This document shows positions 51,530 to 64,000 of a stretch of 64,000 bases of DNA, piece after piece. The position numbers were made by a program, and so were the translations under genes. Source of the DNA: Eledone cirrhosa (taxonomy: Eukaryota); the NCBI GenBank assembly GCA_964016885.1, contig OZ024741.1, positions 330,956,001 through 331,020,000 on the forward strand, given 5' to 3'. Position 1 is the first letter of the stretch, and each line of letters starts with the position of its first letter. The notes under the pieces are model-generated. The model ran no database searches. It worked only from the letters and a program-made list of their open reading frames with translations, and was not told the origin of the DNA.

Positions 51530-52165
51530 AATACAGCAAATCCCCAGTCAACTTGACCCTGCATCATCCCCTTAGTAAGATTTAGTTTCTTGAGGTCATT
51601 GTTCACAAATTCATCCTATGTCCTCCTTGGTTTTCCTCTGCCACAAGTTCCATTGCTACTCTATACAGCTCTCACTCTCCATATGCTTCCCATAACCATA
51701 TCAGTGCAATCATCTCTCTTGCACACTATATCCAATTCTTCTTATACTCAGCTTTTCATTCAGTTCACTCATGCTGGCATTCATGTAGGCAACATTACAT
51801 ATCTAGTGGAACGCACATGTCTCATTCATTTTAAGCCGATGAAAGTCCATGTCTAGCTGCTATATAACGAAGACTGCGTTGGTATGGACATGTGATGCGC
51901 ATGGATGATGATTGCTGGGTGAAGAAGTACAAGACAGATCTCAGTGGAAGGAAGCCACAGTAGAGGTAGACCAAGGAGGAGCTGAGCAGAGGTGGTGAGA
52001 GTTGATCTCAAATCGCTGAGATTCACAGAGAATATGACGAAGGAACGCAGCAATTGGAGAGATGCTGTGTTGAAAAGGACTCGTCCAAACCATGTGAGCA
52101 TGGAAAAACAGATATAAAGACGATGATGAAGATGATGGTATATATACGATGATGATGATGATGAT
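51530..52165. mobile_element. Two degenerate RTE 3' fragments in opposite orientation
   Basis: cgaagactgcgttggtatggacatgtgatgcgc (RRLRWYGHVMR) on + at ~51870; reverse-strand remnant at 51530-51790. Confidence 0.75.
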
Positions 52166-52699
52166 ATCTATATATATATATACACACACACACAGTACCA
52201 GCAGAAAATGCACACAGAAAAGCAGTTACATAAAACAGACAAGTGTATATACATACACACATATATATATATATATATGAACAGACATATATACAGTGGA
52301 GCCTTGGTTCATGAACTTAATTCATTCCTGAAGACCGTTCGTCATTCAAAATGTTAAGAGAGAGACTGTGTGTGAAAGACAGATATCACCATAGTAACTA
52401 ACTACACAGCAAGTGACGTTTGCCCACCAATACTCCCTGCTTGTCGCCAACTATTGTTGCCGGCTTGCATGCTCATTACTCGAAACACCGTATGTCAACC
52501 AAGATGTTTTAGCTTCAGAAAAATTATTCGTAATGAGGAGTATTTTTGCTTAGTTTAGGCTTGTTGCATTTAGTGTCATATAGGGTTGTGTAAGTAAAAA
52601 TGAATTTTATCTGTACATGTGCGTGTGAGAGCTTCTGTATGTGTGTGTGTATGTATATATGTATTCTTCCCAAAATGGTTGACTGAACACACGTGCTTT

Positions 52700-53062
52700 C
52701 ATCATCATCATCATCATTGTTTAACGTCCATCTTCCACGCTAGCATGGGTTTGGAACGGAATTTTCCCACTTGAGGCAAAATTGGTTGTCTTGCTCGTAT
52801 AGGACTGTCTGGCGGGTTTTCTACGGCTGGATGCCCTTCCTAACACCAACCACATTTACAGTGTGGACTGAGAGGTTTTTACCGTGTTACCTACACGGCC
52901 ACATTACAGAGTGGACTGTGTGTTTTTTTGTCGTGACACCTACACGACCTCATTTGTTTCGGACTGGATGTTGTGGTACCAACATAACTTTACATTGGAA
53001 GGGGTGGTGTGGATGGGGTGGGGGTAGTGGGGCCGGGGTGTATTTTTGTTAGAGGTGCCTAC
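52700..53062 (-). mobile_element. RTE 3' UTR-only fragment; many similar 3'-end fragments with (GAT)n tails occur between 46860 and 63930
   Basis: Same 3' UTR as 34225-34590; shared aggaagggcatccagc..acccatgctagc..ggacgttaaac(gat)n motifs. Confidence 0.85.
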
Positions 53063-53204
53063 TTTGTTCTCCAAAAATTTATTTTTACATTTCTTCCTTT
53101 TCTATCTCTCATCCTATCTTCTGATGAAGACTAATGTCCAAAACGTTAACACTTGTGTTTTCAGCATGGGCTCTGTATAACTATGAGAAAGCAGTAACTG
53201 AATA

Positions 53205-53505
53205 AATCAAGCTGAGTGGGGTAGACATAGACTCTGTAAGCCATAGGGAGGCCAGCATATCTAGATGGGCAGTCATTCAGATTAAACAAAACATGGGGTA
53301 GACATGGACCCCATAAGCCATAGGGTGACCAACATGTCTAGATGAGCAGTCGTTCAGATTAAACAAAACTATATGGAATAGACATGGACTCTGTAAGCTG
53401 TAGAGAGGCCAGCTTGTCTAGGTAGGCAGTCATTCAGATTAAATAAAACTACATGGGGTAAGCATGGACTCCACAATCTATAGTGGAGGCAACCCATCTA
53501 GGGGA
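53205..53505. repeat. ~78-bp tandem repeat, about 4 units
   Basis: Repeated ggggtagacatggactctgtaagccatag..tctagatgggcagtcattcagattaaacaaaac. Confidence 0.8.
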
Positions 53506-54019
53506 TCAGATATTCTGAATAAAAAACTGATACAGAGTGGGAAAGACTCAGAAGTTGTGATAGACAACCTCTCTAGTTCTGATGGCACAAAAATATACCC
53601 AGTCCACATTATAAAATGTTTGGTAATAGGAATGGAATCCAGCCAGAAAAACTGCCAAAATTAGGACTAACACTAATCAAGAGCCAGATGAAAAGTATAT
53701 GTGTGTGTGTGTATATATATATATAAAGTTGGTACCACAACATCCAGTCTAAATTAATGAGATATCGAGATCGTGTAGGTCTCACGACAAAAAAGACGCA
53801 GTCCACACTGTAATGTGGCCATGTAGGTAACACGGTAAAAAGTTCTCAGTCCACACTGTAAATGTGTTAGGAAGGGCATCCAGCCATAGAAAACCTGCCA
53901 GATAGTCCTATACGAGCGAGATACCGTCACCCAACCAATCTTGCCTCAAATTGGGACAACTCCCGTCTAACCCATTCTAGCATGGAAGATAGATGTTAAA
54001 CGATGATGATGATGATGAT

Positions 54020-55424
54020 ATATATATATATATATATATATATTACACAAAGATGAAATCAGGAGGTTTGGCAAGTTCTCTGACATGAGGATTAGTGATG
54101 TAAAGTGTTCTGCATTGTAAAGTAGTATGTCAGTGTGAATCAGAACGTTGTTAGAGGACAAGTGTGATCGAAAAGACATCAGTTCAATTAGAATCACTGA
54201 CACCCAAAAAAAAGAAGCCAGGAAATGCTATTATGACCTGTTGATGACTGGAGAATGAGTGGGAGGAAGAGAAATTACCCACAGTGGACCCAACAGAGGA
54301 ACCAGCTACAGGGCCAAAGATGCAATTAGGTAGATGAAAAATAGGATGGAGTCATACCCAATGACTGACATACTAGTTTAATCATTGTTACAATGGAAAA
54401 GGTGATGTTCTAAAAAGCAACAACTACCGAAGCACAAAACGTATGGTGGGTATGGTATAACAATCTACCATCAATGTGGTAAAGTTATGAATGTGACAAA
54501 AAGCGTTTTAGCACAACTAATTAGAGAAAGAGTCAAATTAAATGAAGTGCAGTTTAGTAGTGTGTCAGGGAAGAGTTCCACAAAAGGTCTTTTCTTAGTG
54601 ATACAATTTCAAGAAAGTTCCTAGCTTTTTTTTTTTTTATTTAGAGAAGGCGTTTGACAGACTACCATGGTCCCTCCTCTAATGATCCTTAAGGAAACTA
54701 AATGTAGAGGAGTGGCTTGTGAGAGCATTGCAAGCAACATACAGAGGAGTTGTCAGTGAAAATAGGTAATGTGTTTAGTGAGGAATTCAATGTACAATCG
54801 GGGCTTCAAGCCATAACAGAGGAGCTTAAAACCAGCTGTCCATGGGAACGACCACATGCTGATGACCTGGTTCTTTTAGCTAAATCTATAGAAGGGCCTA
54901 GGGAAGAAATTTCAGTTATGGAAACAAAACTTAGAATCAGCTTTTACAGCATTATGATTGAGTACTTAAACAGCTGCTCAACTGTTCAAGTATGGATATG
55001 ATATATCTCAACTTTACAAAGGCTTTCGAAAGGCTATTGCATCTGGTTCTTAAACGAGGTGTGAAGGATTGGCATGACACAGTGGTAAGGGAATAATGAG
55101 TGGTCAAACAAACCCCTTCATCCAAACCACACCTACAAACACAATGTTAAATAAACTGAATTATGAACTCAAATGGAGACAGACCTTTGAAATAACAACA
55201 TCGAATGCAGGTCTGTCTCTATATTAATATGTTGCAGTGCCTTAGAAATGCATTACATGATTAAATGTATTGCCTAAGAGGCTGTCTGAAGATGTGTCAG
55301 GAAATGCATTATAGCATCATGACATAACAATGAGACCACAGAAATATGTATTACAGCTTATTGCATAATAAAAGAAATCTAGCCATCGTATTTTATTAAT
55401 ACTGCATATATACAACATACACCC

Positions 55425-55457
<33 letters not shown>

Positions 55458-56035
55458 CACATACAAAGACATATTTATACACACACATACATGTCAATAC
55501 ATATATATATATACACATACAAGGACAGGATGGAAGAAGTTTAGGGAGCTGCTTCCTCTGTTGACAAAGAAGAGTTTCTCGCTACAAATGAAAGGTCGGT
55601 TATATGAAGACTTTGTGAGATGTGCAATGCTGCATGGTATTGAGACATGGGCAACAACTGCGGAGGATATGCAATGGCAAGCATGATCCGATGGATGTGC
55701 AATGTCAATGTGCATGAATGACCAAGCATAGACGAGTTGAGAGTGAAACTATGTATAAGAGAGATAAACTGTAGTGTACGGGATTGAAAACTGCGTTGTT
55801 ATGGCCATTTGATGTGCATGGAAGATGACCACTGGGTGAAGAAGTGCAAAGAAATCCTGGTGGAAGGAAGACACAGTAGAGGAATACCACAAAAAACATG
55901 GGCAGAGGTGGTAAAAGCTGACCTCAGATCGCTGAAGCTCACAGAGGAGATGACGAGGGACCGTGATGAATTGAGAGATGCTGCGCTGAAGAGAACCCAT
56001 CCTACCCTTGCAAACAGGGAAAAGCGGACATAAAT

Positions 56036-56065
<30 letters not shown>
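54020..56065 (+). mobile_element. Old fragmented RTE LINE (with an unrelated insertion at ~54950-55520)
   Basis: LQAITEELKTSCPWERPHADDLVL, RTGWKKFRELLPLL, WVKKCKEILVEGRHSRGIPQKTW and (GAT)n tail. Confidence 0.85.
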
Positions 56066-56066
<1 letters not shown>

Positions 56067-56635
56067 ATACATAATGGCATCTATCTCAGCTTGAGTATAG
56101 CCATTGCTTGAAATTTTCAAACACACTTCTGCATGTGTGTAGCATGGATGTGACTTTTTAGGGCAGAAAGAGTCCTACAGATGTTACAGATACAACCTTT
56201 GGCAACAAGAATCGATGGCTGGTTGCCATGTACTTTCATGTGCTGCCTGATTGGCAGACTTTAACACATTGATGGTAGATTGTTATACTATACCCACCAA
56301 CATCATCTGCTTCAGCTATTTTTACATAGCTCCTTTTGTGGTTCTTTAATCCAGCATATACACTGTAAAGTGGTCGTGTTAGTGTCACTACAAAAAGCAT
56401 CCAGTCCACACTGTAAAGTGGTCATTTTAGTCGCACAATAAAAAGCACTCAATACACAGAGTAAATGTGGTTGGTGTTAAGAAGGGCATACAGCCATAGA
56501 AACAGTTCTGTATGAGCAAGACACGGTCATCTGACCTGACTTGTCTCACAACAGGACAATCTGTCTAACCCATTCTAGCATGGAAAAATGGTTGTTAAAC
56601 AGTGATGATGATGATACAAACACGACAGAGAGACG

Positions 56636-56670
<35 letters not shown>

Positions 56671-56988
56671 TACACACACACAAACAAAAAAAAGCATTAA
56701 AAAATCAGTCCGTTTCCATATCACTAAGTTGTATTATCTAATAAATGCTGTCTGAAGTTGTAATAATTACATAATGGCATCATTACTAACCTTTACCATG
56801 CAAGTAATTTTTATGAGTTATTTCCCTTGACTGCATTATTTATTAAGGGGAGATTACTCTTATAGCACCCTCTGTCACCCACAGCATGTTGAAGGTTAAA
56901 TGAAACTGACATCACAGAAATCCATATAACAGCAAATTAACGTGAACTATGCTTTCATATTCATTTTATATATATATACACACGTATA

Positions 56989-57565
56989 CAGTAATCCCTC
57001 GCTATATCGCGGTTCCACTACATAGCGGATTTTTCTTTGGAACATATCTACTTTCCTATCACAGTAATCCTCACTACATCACAGATTTTTCGTTAGAACA
57101 TATCTATTTTCTTATCACGGCACGTACGTCTGAATAAAAAGTGTTTAAAATTTAAACTTATTAAAAAAGTTTTGATGTATAGCATAAGTCTATAAAAATG
57201 TTTCTATTCTTCATTCCATTACTGTTTTACTGATTGTGTTTTTTCTCTAATCTACTACAAACCCATCGTAGATTGCCTGGAGAGGTGCAGTGTATTACCA
57301 AGCGGCTAACGTGGCTGGTAATAGTCGTCATTAGTAACTAGTGGTACGATGGTTGGTGATAGTTTCTATATGATCGTTACTGGCTGTTTTTGGTGTTTAA
57401 ATACAAAAGTTTTAATGAATTTATATGTACTTAAAGTGTGTAGGAGAGGTATTTTAGGGCTTAAACTATGAAAACGGTTGTCTTTATGGTTTCTCTATAT
57501 CGCAGATTTTCATTTATCGCAGTTGGTTCTGGAACGTATCCCCGATGATAAACGGGGGATTACTG
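56989..57565. mobile_element. Tigger/pogo-like MITE, 577 bp
   Basis: TA|CAGTAATCCCTCG ... CGGGGGATTACTG|TA: terminal inverted repeats with TA target-site duplication. Confidence 0.85.
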
Positions 57566-57769
57566 TATATACATATGTCTATACATATGCATATACATTA
57601 TATAAACGTGTTTGGATGCAATGTGATGTGTGGGTAGGCCTGAGACCAATTTAGAGAACTAAGGCTAATGTAAAATAGTGGTGTTTGGTTTGTCTGGGCC
57701 TGTATTCTTCCATGCTGAGAGATTTGATCTTATATGCAAACATCCTGTGAATAACTTATTTTTAGATTT

Positions 57770-58680
57770 TAAATATTTATCTGGGGATTTCAGCCCTTTG
57801 TAATATCCTTAACTTTTCACTTAACCAAAAAGAACACCTTTTTGAGTCTTTAATGACTTATCCAGCACAATTTGCCAATGTTATAGCTGTCCTTAATTCC
57901 TGGTGTTTAAAAGACAGGATATGTGAATAGTACCGTTGTTTGAACTGATCCTGTGTCATACCCACATATACCTCTGCTCACTGTATAGTTGGTTGTACCT
58001 GGTGTGATGGCCTAAAATTACATTTTTGTTGCAAAGGGCATTCATTTTTGTTTCTGTGTGAACATCCCGGATTTACATCAGGTTCTTTTTTATGTCATTT
58101 TCATCTTCATGGAGGTTCTGCAAGAATAGCTCATTTTCACTCTCTGCCCGTTGAAAATTTTCCAATATGTTCCAAAGGGAAATGTTTATCTATTAATTTT
58201 AAGAGGTTTTTACCTATGTTAGTCTTCACTGCTAGGGAGTAAGGGGGTGTTAACCAAATTATATTTAGTTTCCTACATTTACATGTATTTTGACTGGTGG
58301 TATTGGGTATATATTTAACTTTATCTCTGAAGCTGCTATCTGCAAGTGCTTTGTTATAGTATGAGGGGGCTGCCCTATCAAATATCTCCTTGGAGGATGA
58401 TAAGGTAGAGATCCTATGGCTAATATTAGGGACTAGGTTTTTAAAGATTACTAAGAAGGGGAGGGGACAGGACCTCCTATTAATATATCTTAATTTTTTG
58501 TTAGGCAGATGGGTATCAGTAATTAAATCCAAGTTAACATCTCAGAAATTGACATTGGCTAGATTAGTATCTACCATTATTTTAAGCCCTATATTGCTAA
58601 AGGTCTGTATTAGTTCCTGGTGGAAATTATGCAAGAGTTGTCCATTGCAGTTATAGGATACTGCCAGTCTGTCATTGCTG
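57770..58680 (-). mobile_element. Penelope-like element fragment (RT thumb and GIY-YIG endonuclease), degenerate
   Basis: ORF 58137..58532 (ISTLSSSKEIFDRAAP.YNKAL..RKLNIIWLTPPYSLAVKTNIGK.LLKLIDKHFP) and downstream YVGMTQDQFKQRYYSH at ~57925-57970. Confidence 0.8.
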
Positions 58681-59129
58681 GATGATGATATATATATATC
58701 ATCATCACCATTTCCATTTAGCATCAATTCTTCCATGCTTGCATGGGTTAGATGGGTCGTCCATGCCGGGAGGCAAGTCCGGCCATTTTGCACCTTGCTC
58801 CAGCGAGGACTGTAAATTTGGCCAAGTATTTTACAGCTGGATGCCTGTCCTAACACCAACCGCATTTACATATGAATATACACATACATATATATATAAA
58901 TATATATAGATATATAAACAAAATCAGATGATAGATAGGAGTTCTTAAAACATTTAATGCTTTACAATTGCTTCAATAGATCACTCAGGAAAATAGATTG
59001 GAGGGTAAAAATAATAAAAGAAGAGAAATATGATTGACTGGGGTATTTCTTCAGAAATATTAAAAGAACTAAAGTCAGTGAAAAGCAAGTACAGAAATGT
59101 GTTTTTCGATTGGAGGCTATATATATATT

Positions 59130-59265
59130 CCTTATTTTAAGGCTAAATAGTGAGTCTTGTTACTCTAGAGTTTCACCTGCTTCTCAAATATTCAACTGAT
59201 GACTCTGTGGTAAGCAAGTGGAACTCCAGAGTAACAAGACTCACTATTTAGCTTTAACAAAATGA
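59130..59265. repeat. Inverted repeat with a degenerate hammerhead-like core (Penelope-type remnant)
   Basis: gctaaatagtgagtcttgttactctagagtt / aactccagagtaacaagactcactatttagc; ctgatga at ~59187. Confidence 0.7.
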
Positions 59266-59689
59266 ATATTAAAACTCTACTTCAGTATTGAATACTCTTT
59301 TCTCTCGACCATCAACCACATGCGAATATATATATACCCTGTAATGTAGTCGTGTTGGTGACACGACAAAATGCACCCAGCTCGCCCTGTAAGGTGGTTG
59401 TATTGGTGACACAACCAAAAGCACTCACACCATCCTGAAATAGATTCGTGTTGGTGACAACAAAAAGCACCCAGTCCAACATATTAGTTGGTTGTTTTGG
59501 TGCCATGATAAAAAGCACCCAGACTACGTTGCGGTTGGCAATAGGAAGGGCACCCAGCCAGAGAAACCAAGCCAGAAACAGTTACGTGATCTGATTTGTC
59601 TCACAACGTCAGGACCACTCGTCTAACCCAAGCTAGATGGAAAATAGACGTTAACCGATAATGATCAATAAACATACATACATCCATAT

Positions 59690-60520
59690 ATATATTTATC
59701 AAACATTAAGTCACACTGCTTGCATGGATTCCTGTCATCACAAATCTGCTTGATAAAGGTCTTGGCTTGTCATTCTCTGATAGATCTTCCTTGTGTAGGC
59801 TCCCACAAAAGAACTTCACTAACAATTTTGTCTTTAGCTCTCTTTAGCAATGCCCTGCGAATCTGACTACAGTCTCTGATGACATCTAATACTGGACAAA
59901 GGTTCCCATACAATTGCTCATTGGTCAAACGATCTCTCCAAGTGATATTCAAAACCACTCTTCGCATGCGAGTGTAGGCTCCATCTAATCTTCTTTTCAA
60001 TTTTGTTTGAGGCAAGGGTCCATGCTGTGTAGCCATACAATAGAACAGGTAACTGTTGCTTGGCTCCTTTTCATGTTATTTGGAAGTTTAGATTTCCACA
60101 CTAGAGATAACCAAACCTTGCTAATACATATGTTTACATCACTTTCACAACTAGAGACTTTACTACCCAGAGTAAAAAGAAATAAGGTGAGCAACTTCTG
60201 ATGGATGTGTAATAGTAGTATACATGAATGATGAAGTATCAATGAACTGATAGAATAACTGGGCATAAGAGTTGTCAGGTGCAGTGTTCAGGAGAGAAGA
60301 CTGCAACGTTATGGACATGTAATGTGTATGAAGGATGACAGCTGCATAAGGAAATGCAGGGCTCTTGAAGCCAAAAGAACCTTTGGAAGAGGGAGATCTA
60401 AGAAAGCCTGGCATGATCTGGTAAGGGTCAAATTCATGCAGCTAAACCTCACAAAGGAGATGACACAAACCTAAGAAAACTGGCGACATTTGGTAATACA
60501 AGGAACTGGCCTTCCTATGC
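59690..60520. mobile_element. Adjacent degenerate LINE fragments (minus 59690-60170; plus RTE 60170-60520)
   Basis: LKRRLDGAYTRMRRVVLNITWRD (-); ERRLQRYGHVMCMKDD (+). Confidence 0.75.
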
Positions 60521-61276
60521 AAGTGGAATGAATGCAGTTGAAGCACCCTGTCTAACCTACTTACCTCCCTCCACGCTAAACCCAAAGTACAGAGCGGTGT
60601 TGCAATACTCAAGTCCCATCTCCCACTAGCCAATATATTCCAGAATTCCCTGTTAGCATGCCACTGATCCACCTCTACACCATAAACCCAAAGAAGCAGA
60701 GAGATGGAACAACTGTTGGGTCCTCACATACCAATATACTCCTGACATCTTTGCCCAAACCATGCTAGCATGGAAATTGCTGAACCTCCAACACTCTCCC
60801 AACCCGTAAAAGACTGGAACACCTCCCAAAATAATAGACATAACCCACCAAACCACAAGTCTCAAGAAATGCCCCACTTTTCAGCCACCAAGGGAAGCCA
60901 AGTTCCTCCTGCAATGAAATGCCTAAACCACCCTGGGCACAAACATATACACTGAGCAACTATAATGAAATAGTGCTGGTGAAAACAATACTCCAGGTAA
61001 AGTGGTTGGTATTAGGAGAGGCATCCAACCATAGAAACCAAGCTGAAATATATACATATATATATATAATGTGGTTGGTGTTAGGAACGGCATCCAGCTG
61101 TAAACTACCTGGCCAACCGTGGTTTGTCTCCCGTCATGGAAGACCCGTCTAACCCATGCAAGTAAGGAAGAAATGATACAAAACGGAAATGATGATGATA
61201 TGTAGATATATATATATATTTCGTTTCTAAATTTGTTTAGCAAGATTCTTTATCTGAAAACGTGTGTTAAAACCGA

Positions 61277-61739
61277 TATTGTTATACTTTGGGAGGGTCA
61301 TGTTGCCAATAAGAAACACATGCACCAGTTGCTTTCACTCCAATTTATTATAAATTAAATTATAAATTTAAAAATTTATAAATTTCTGGTTGGTTGGTTG
61401 GTTCCACAACTGGACGGTTGTTCATATATTGTCAAAGTTCTTTCGTCACACATTTGTGACCTCTTCGGTGACTGGGGATTCTTTCCTTTGTTTTATCCTA
61501 CGCCATCTTGTTTGGCGTAGGACAGAACAAAGGAGAGGCACAAAATAAAGAAAAGAATCCCCAGTCACTGAAGAGGTCACAGAATATGTGACGAAAGAAC
61601 TGACAATATATGAAAAACCGTCTGGTTGTGGAAGCAACCAACCAACCGGAAATTTATAAATTTTTAAATCTATAATAAATTGGAGTGAAAGCAATTGGTG
61701 CGTGTGTTTATTATTGGCAACATGACCCTCCCAAAGTAT

Positions 61740-61746
<7 letters not shown>
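61277..61746. repeat. ~470-bp inverted repeat (two ~230-bp arms) bounded by (TA)n, each arm with a mutated hammerhead motif; Penelope-like terminal remnant
   Basis: tattgttatactttgggagggtcatgttgccaataa / ttattggcaacatgaccctcccaaagtataacaata; gtca CTGAAGAg gtcaca-gaata-tgtgac GAAA gaac tgac. Confidence 0.85.
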
Positions 61747-61796
<50 letters not shown>

Positions 61797-63049
61797 TATA
61801 ATCACCGTCATCACTGTTTAACACCCATTTTTCCACGCTAGCACGGGTTAGACGTATATCTATATATACGCATACATAAATACAGAATGTGTATATATAA
61901 ATAAGAAAATGAGATTATTTTGAATTAAAAAAACGAGATGCCCTACACAAGTGAAAGTATAAAGAAAAGAAATCGAAAATGCAACTGAGTCTTTTTAAGA
62001 ATATTTATTTGTTTCTTTTACCGGTTTAACATTTCTTATACTTTTCAAAAGTAGAATTGACATGAGGCTTTGTTAAAATAAATATTCTTAAAAAAACTCC
62101 AGTTGTATTTTCAATTTCTTTTCCTTATATATATATATATATATAATATATAAGATCAAAAGATGGTTAAAAGAGTTCCATGTATTTTATTATGCGCATT
62201 TCAAAAACAAATATCAACATGCGATGACATTTGCGTTTTTGTCAGATATACTACAATAAAACTCACCTCCTACATATATATATATATATACATATATATC
62301 AGAATGGAAGCGGTAAAAATCAGTTAGATCATTACTCGCCACAGTACAAGAGGTAGTAGAGTGGGTAATGTGAGAAATTTGGGATCCCGACAGCTGATCT
62401 GCCATTTCAACTAGATCTGAGTTCGGATCTAGCTGGTAAAAGGGCAGGAGCTCAGTCGTCGGGGTCCGAAATTATTCATATATATACACATACAAATATA
62501 TATATATATACATACATCATCATCTTTTAACGTCCATCTTCCATGCCAGCATGGGTTAGACCCATTTAGAGCCAAGTTGGGTCAAGTGACTGTGTCTCGC
62601 TTATATAGGACTGTTTCTGGCTGGTTTTCTACAGCTGGATGCCCTTCCTAACAGCAACGACATTTACAATGTGTGCTGGATGCTTTTTGCCATGTGTAGG
62701 ACAAAATAGCGGACGTAAAATGATGATGATGACGATACACATATATATATATATCCTGATAATGATATATATATATAAGTGTACATACATCATCATCATC
62801 ACCATCGTTTTACGTCTATTTTCCATGCTAGCAAAAGTTAAACAAGTTATCCTGGTTACTACAGCTGGATGCCCTTCCTCACGCCAACCTCATTTACACT
62901 GAGTACTGGGTGCTTTTTGTCATGACACTTTAGTGTGGGCTGGGCTCTTTATATATATATATATACATATATAGCATGTAGTAAATGTATATATATACAT
63001 ATATATATACACAACACATATATATATATCGATATATATATACAAACAC

Positions 63050-63108
<59 letters not shown>

Positions 63109-63172
63109 TATACACACATATGGCACACATATATACATACAAACACATACATACAGACACACACACATTTAC

Positions 63173-63207
<35 letters not shown>

Positions 63208-63454
63208 TATATATGAATGTCAGAACACACGCATATATGTATGTAAACGGAAGCAAAGCAAACAACACAGTAATATGAAATGAAGAAATACATTAGTTTT
63301 ACACTTAATATAGTAGGAAAATTATTTATGTTTTGGACAATAGTCATTCATCAGAAGATAGATTGAGAAACAAAAGGTGAAATAGAAAGATGGGGTGAGA
63401 AGACGAAGCATGTGCGTATTCAGTCAACCATATATATATACATGTCTATTTGTA

Positions 63455-63492
<38 letters not shown>

Positions 63493-64000
63493 GTTGGTGT
63501 TACGAAGGACATCCAACCGTAGAAAACCTGCCAGATAGTCCTATACGAGCGAAACACGGTCACCCAACCAATATTACCTCAAATGGGACAATTCCCGTCT
63601 AACCCATGCTAGGGTGTAAGATAGACGTTAAACAATGATGATGATGATATACATATGCATACATATTTATGTATATGTATACATATAGAGAGATATAGAT
63701 ATATAACACACATATATATATATAAACATTTATCTTCATCATCCTCATTTAAAGTCCATTTCCTCGCTAGCATGGGTTGGACGGTTTTGTCCGACTTGAG
63801 GCGAGATTGGTTGGGTGAGTGTGTCTTGCTCATACAGAACTGTTTCTGGCAGGTTTTCTACGGCCGGATGTCCTTTCTGACACCAACCACATTTAGTGTG
63901 CACTGGGAGTCTTTTTACCATGTCTCCTACATATATATATATAATAATATTTATAGTTATATATACACTATATACAACTATAAACAGGAAAGGTCAGCAA

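Noticed and set aside
46800-64000. CPEB promoter or first non-coding exon
   Set aside because: Region is dominated by TE fragments; no exon or promoter could be supported from sequence alone.

Overview
Eukaryotic, AT-rich, (TA)n-microsatellite-laden animal DNA. The repeat families (RTE LINEs with (GAT)n tails, CORE- and Deu/Nin-type tRNA-SINEs, Penelope-like remnants) and the protein suggest a mollusc, most likely an octopus (inference). The window holds one protein-coding gene, on the minus strand: a CPEB2/3/4 (Drosophila orb2)-type cytoplasmic polyadenylation element-binding protein. I reconstructed 10 coding exons by hand (45475-43655, 41326-41252, 40318-40219, 27567-27544, 25105-24923, 24358-24269, 23352-23234, 22550-22436, 21978-21797, 20864-20637). 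All have GT-AG boundaries and compatible phases, giving 2937 nt / 978 aa: a Q/S/G-rich prion-like N-terminus, two RRMs and a ZZ/zinc-binding C-terminus. The most striking element is a 24-nt phase-1 microexon (ARAYGRRR) absent from the ORF track. It matches the neuron-specific CPEB4 microexon 4 / vertebrate B-region (ARTYGRRR) in length, phase, position and 7/8 residues. The introns carry near-identical RTE copies in inverted orientation around the 5' coding exons (candidate dsRNA, editing or circRNA scaffold), palindromic Penelope-type remnants with minimal hammerhead-ribozyme motifs, MITEs and minisatellites. The left ~20 kb is non-coding and probably contains a multi-kb 3' UTR. No promoter or first exon was identified.
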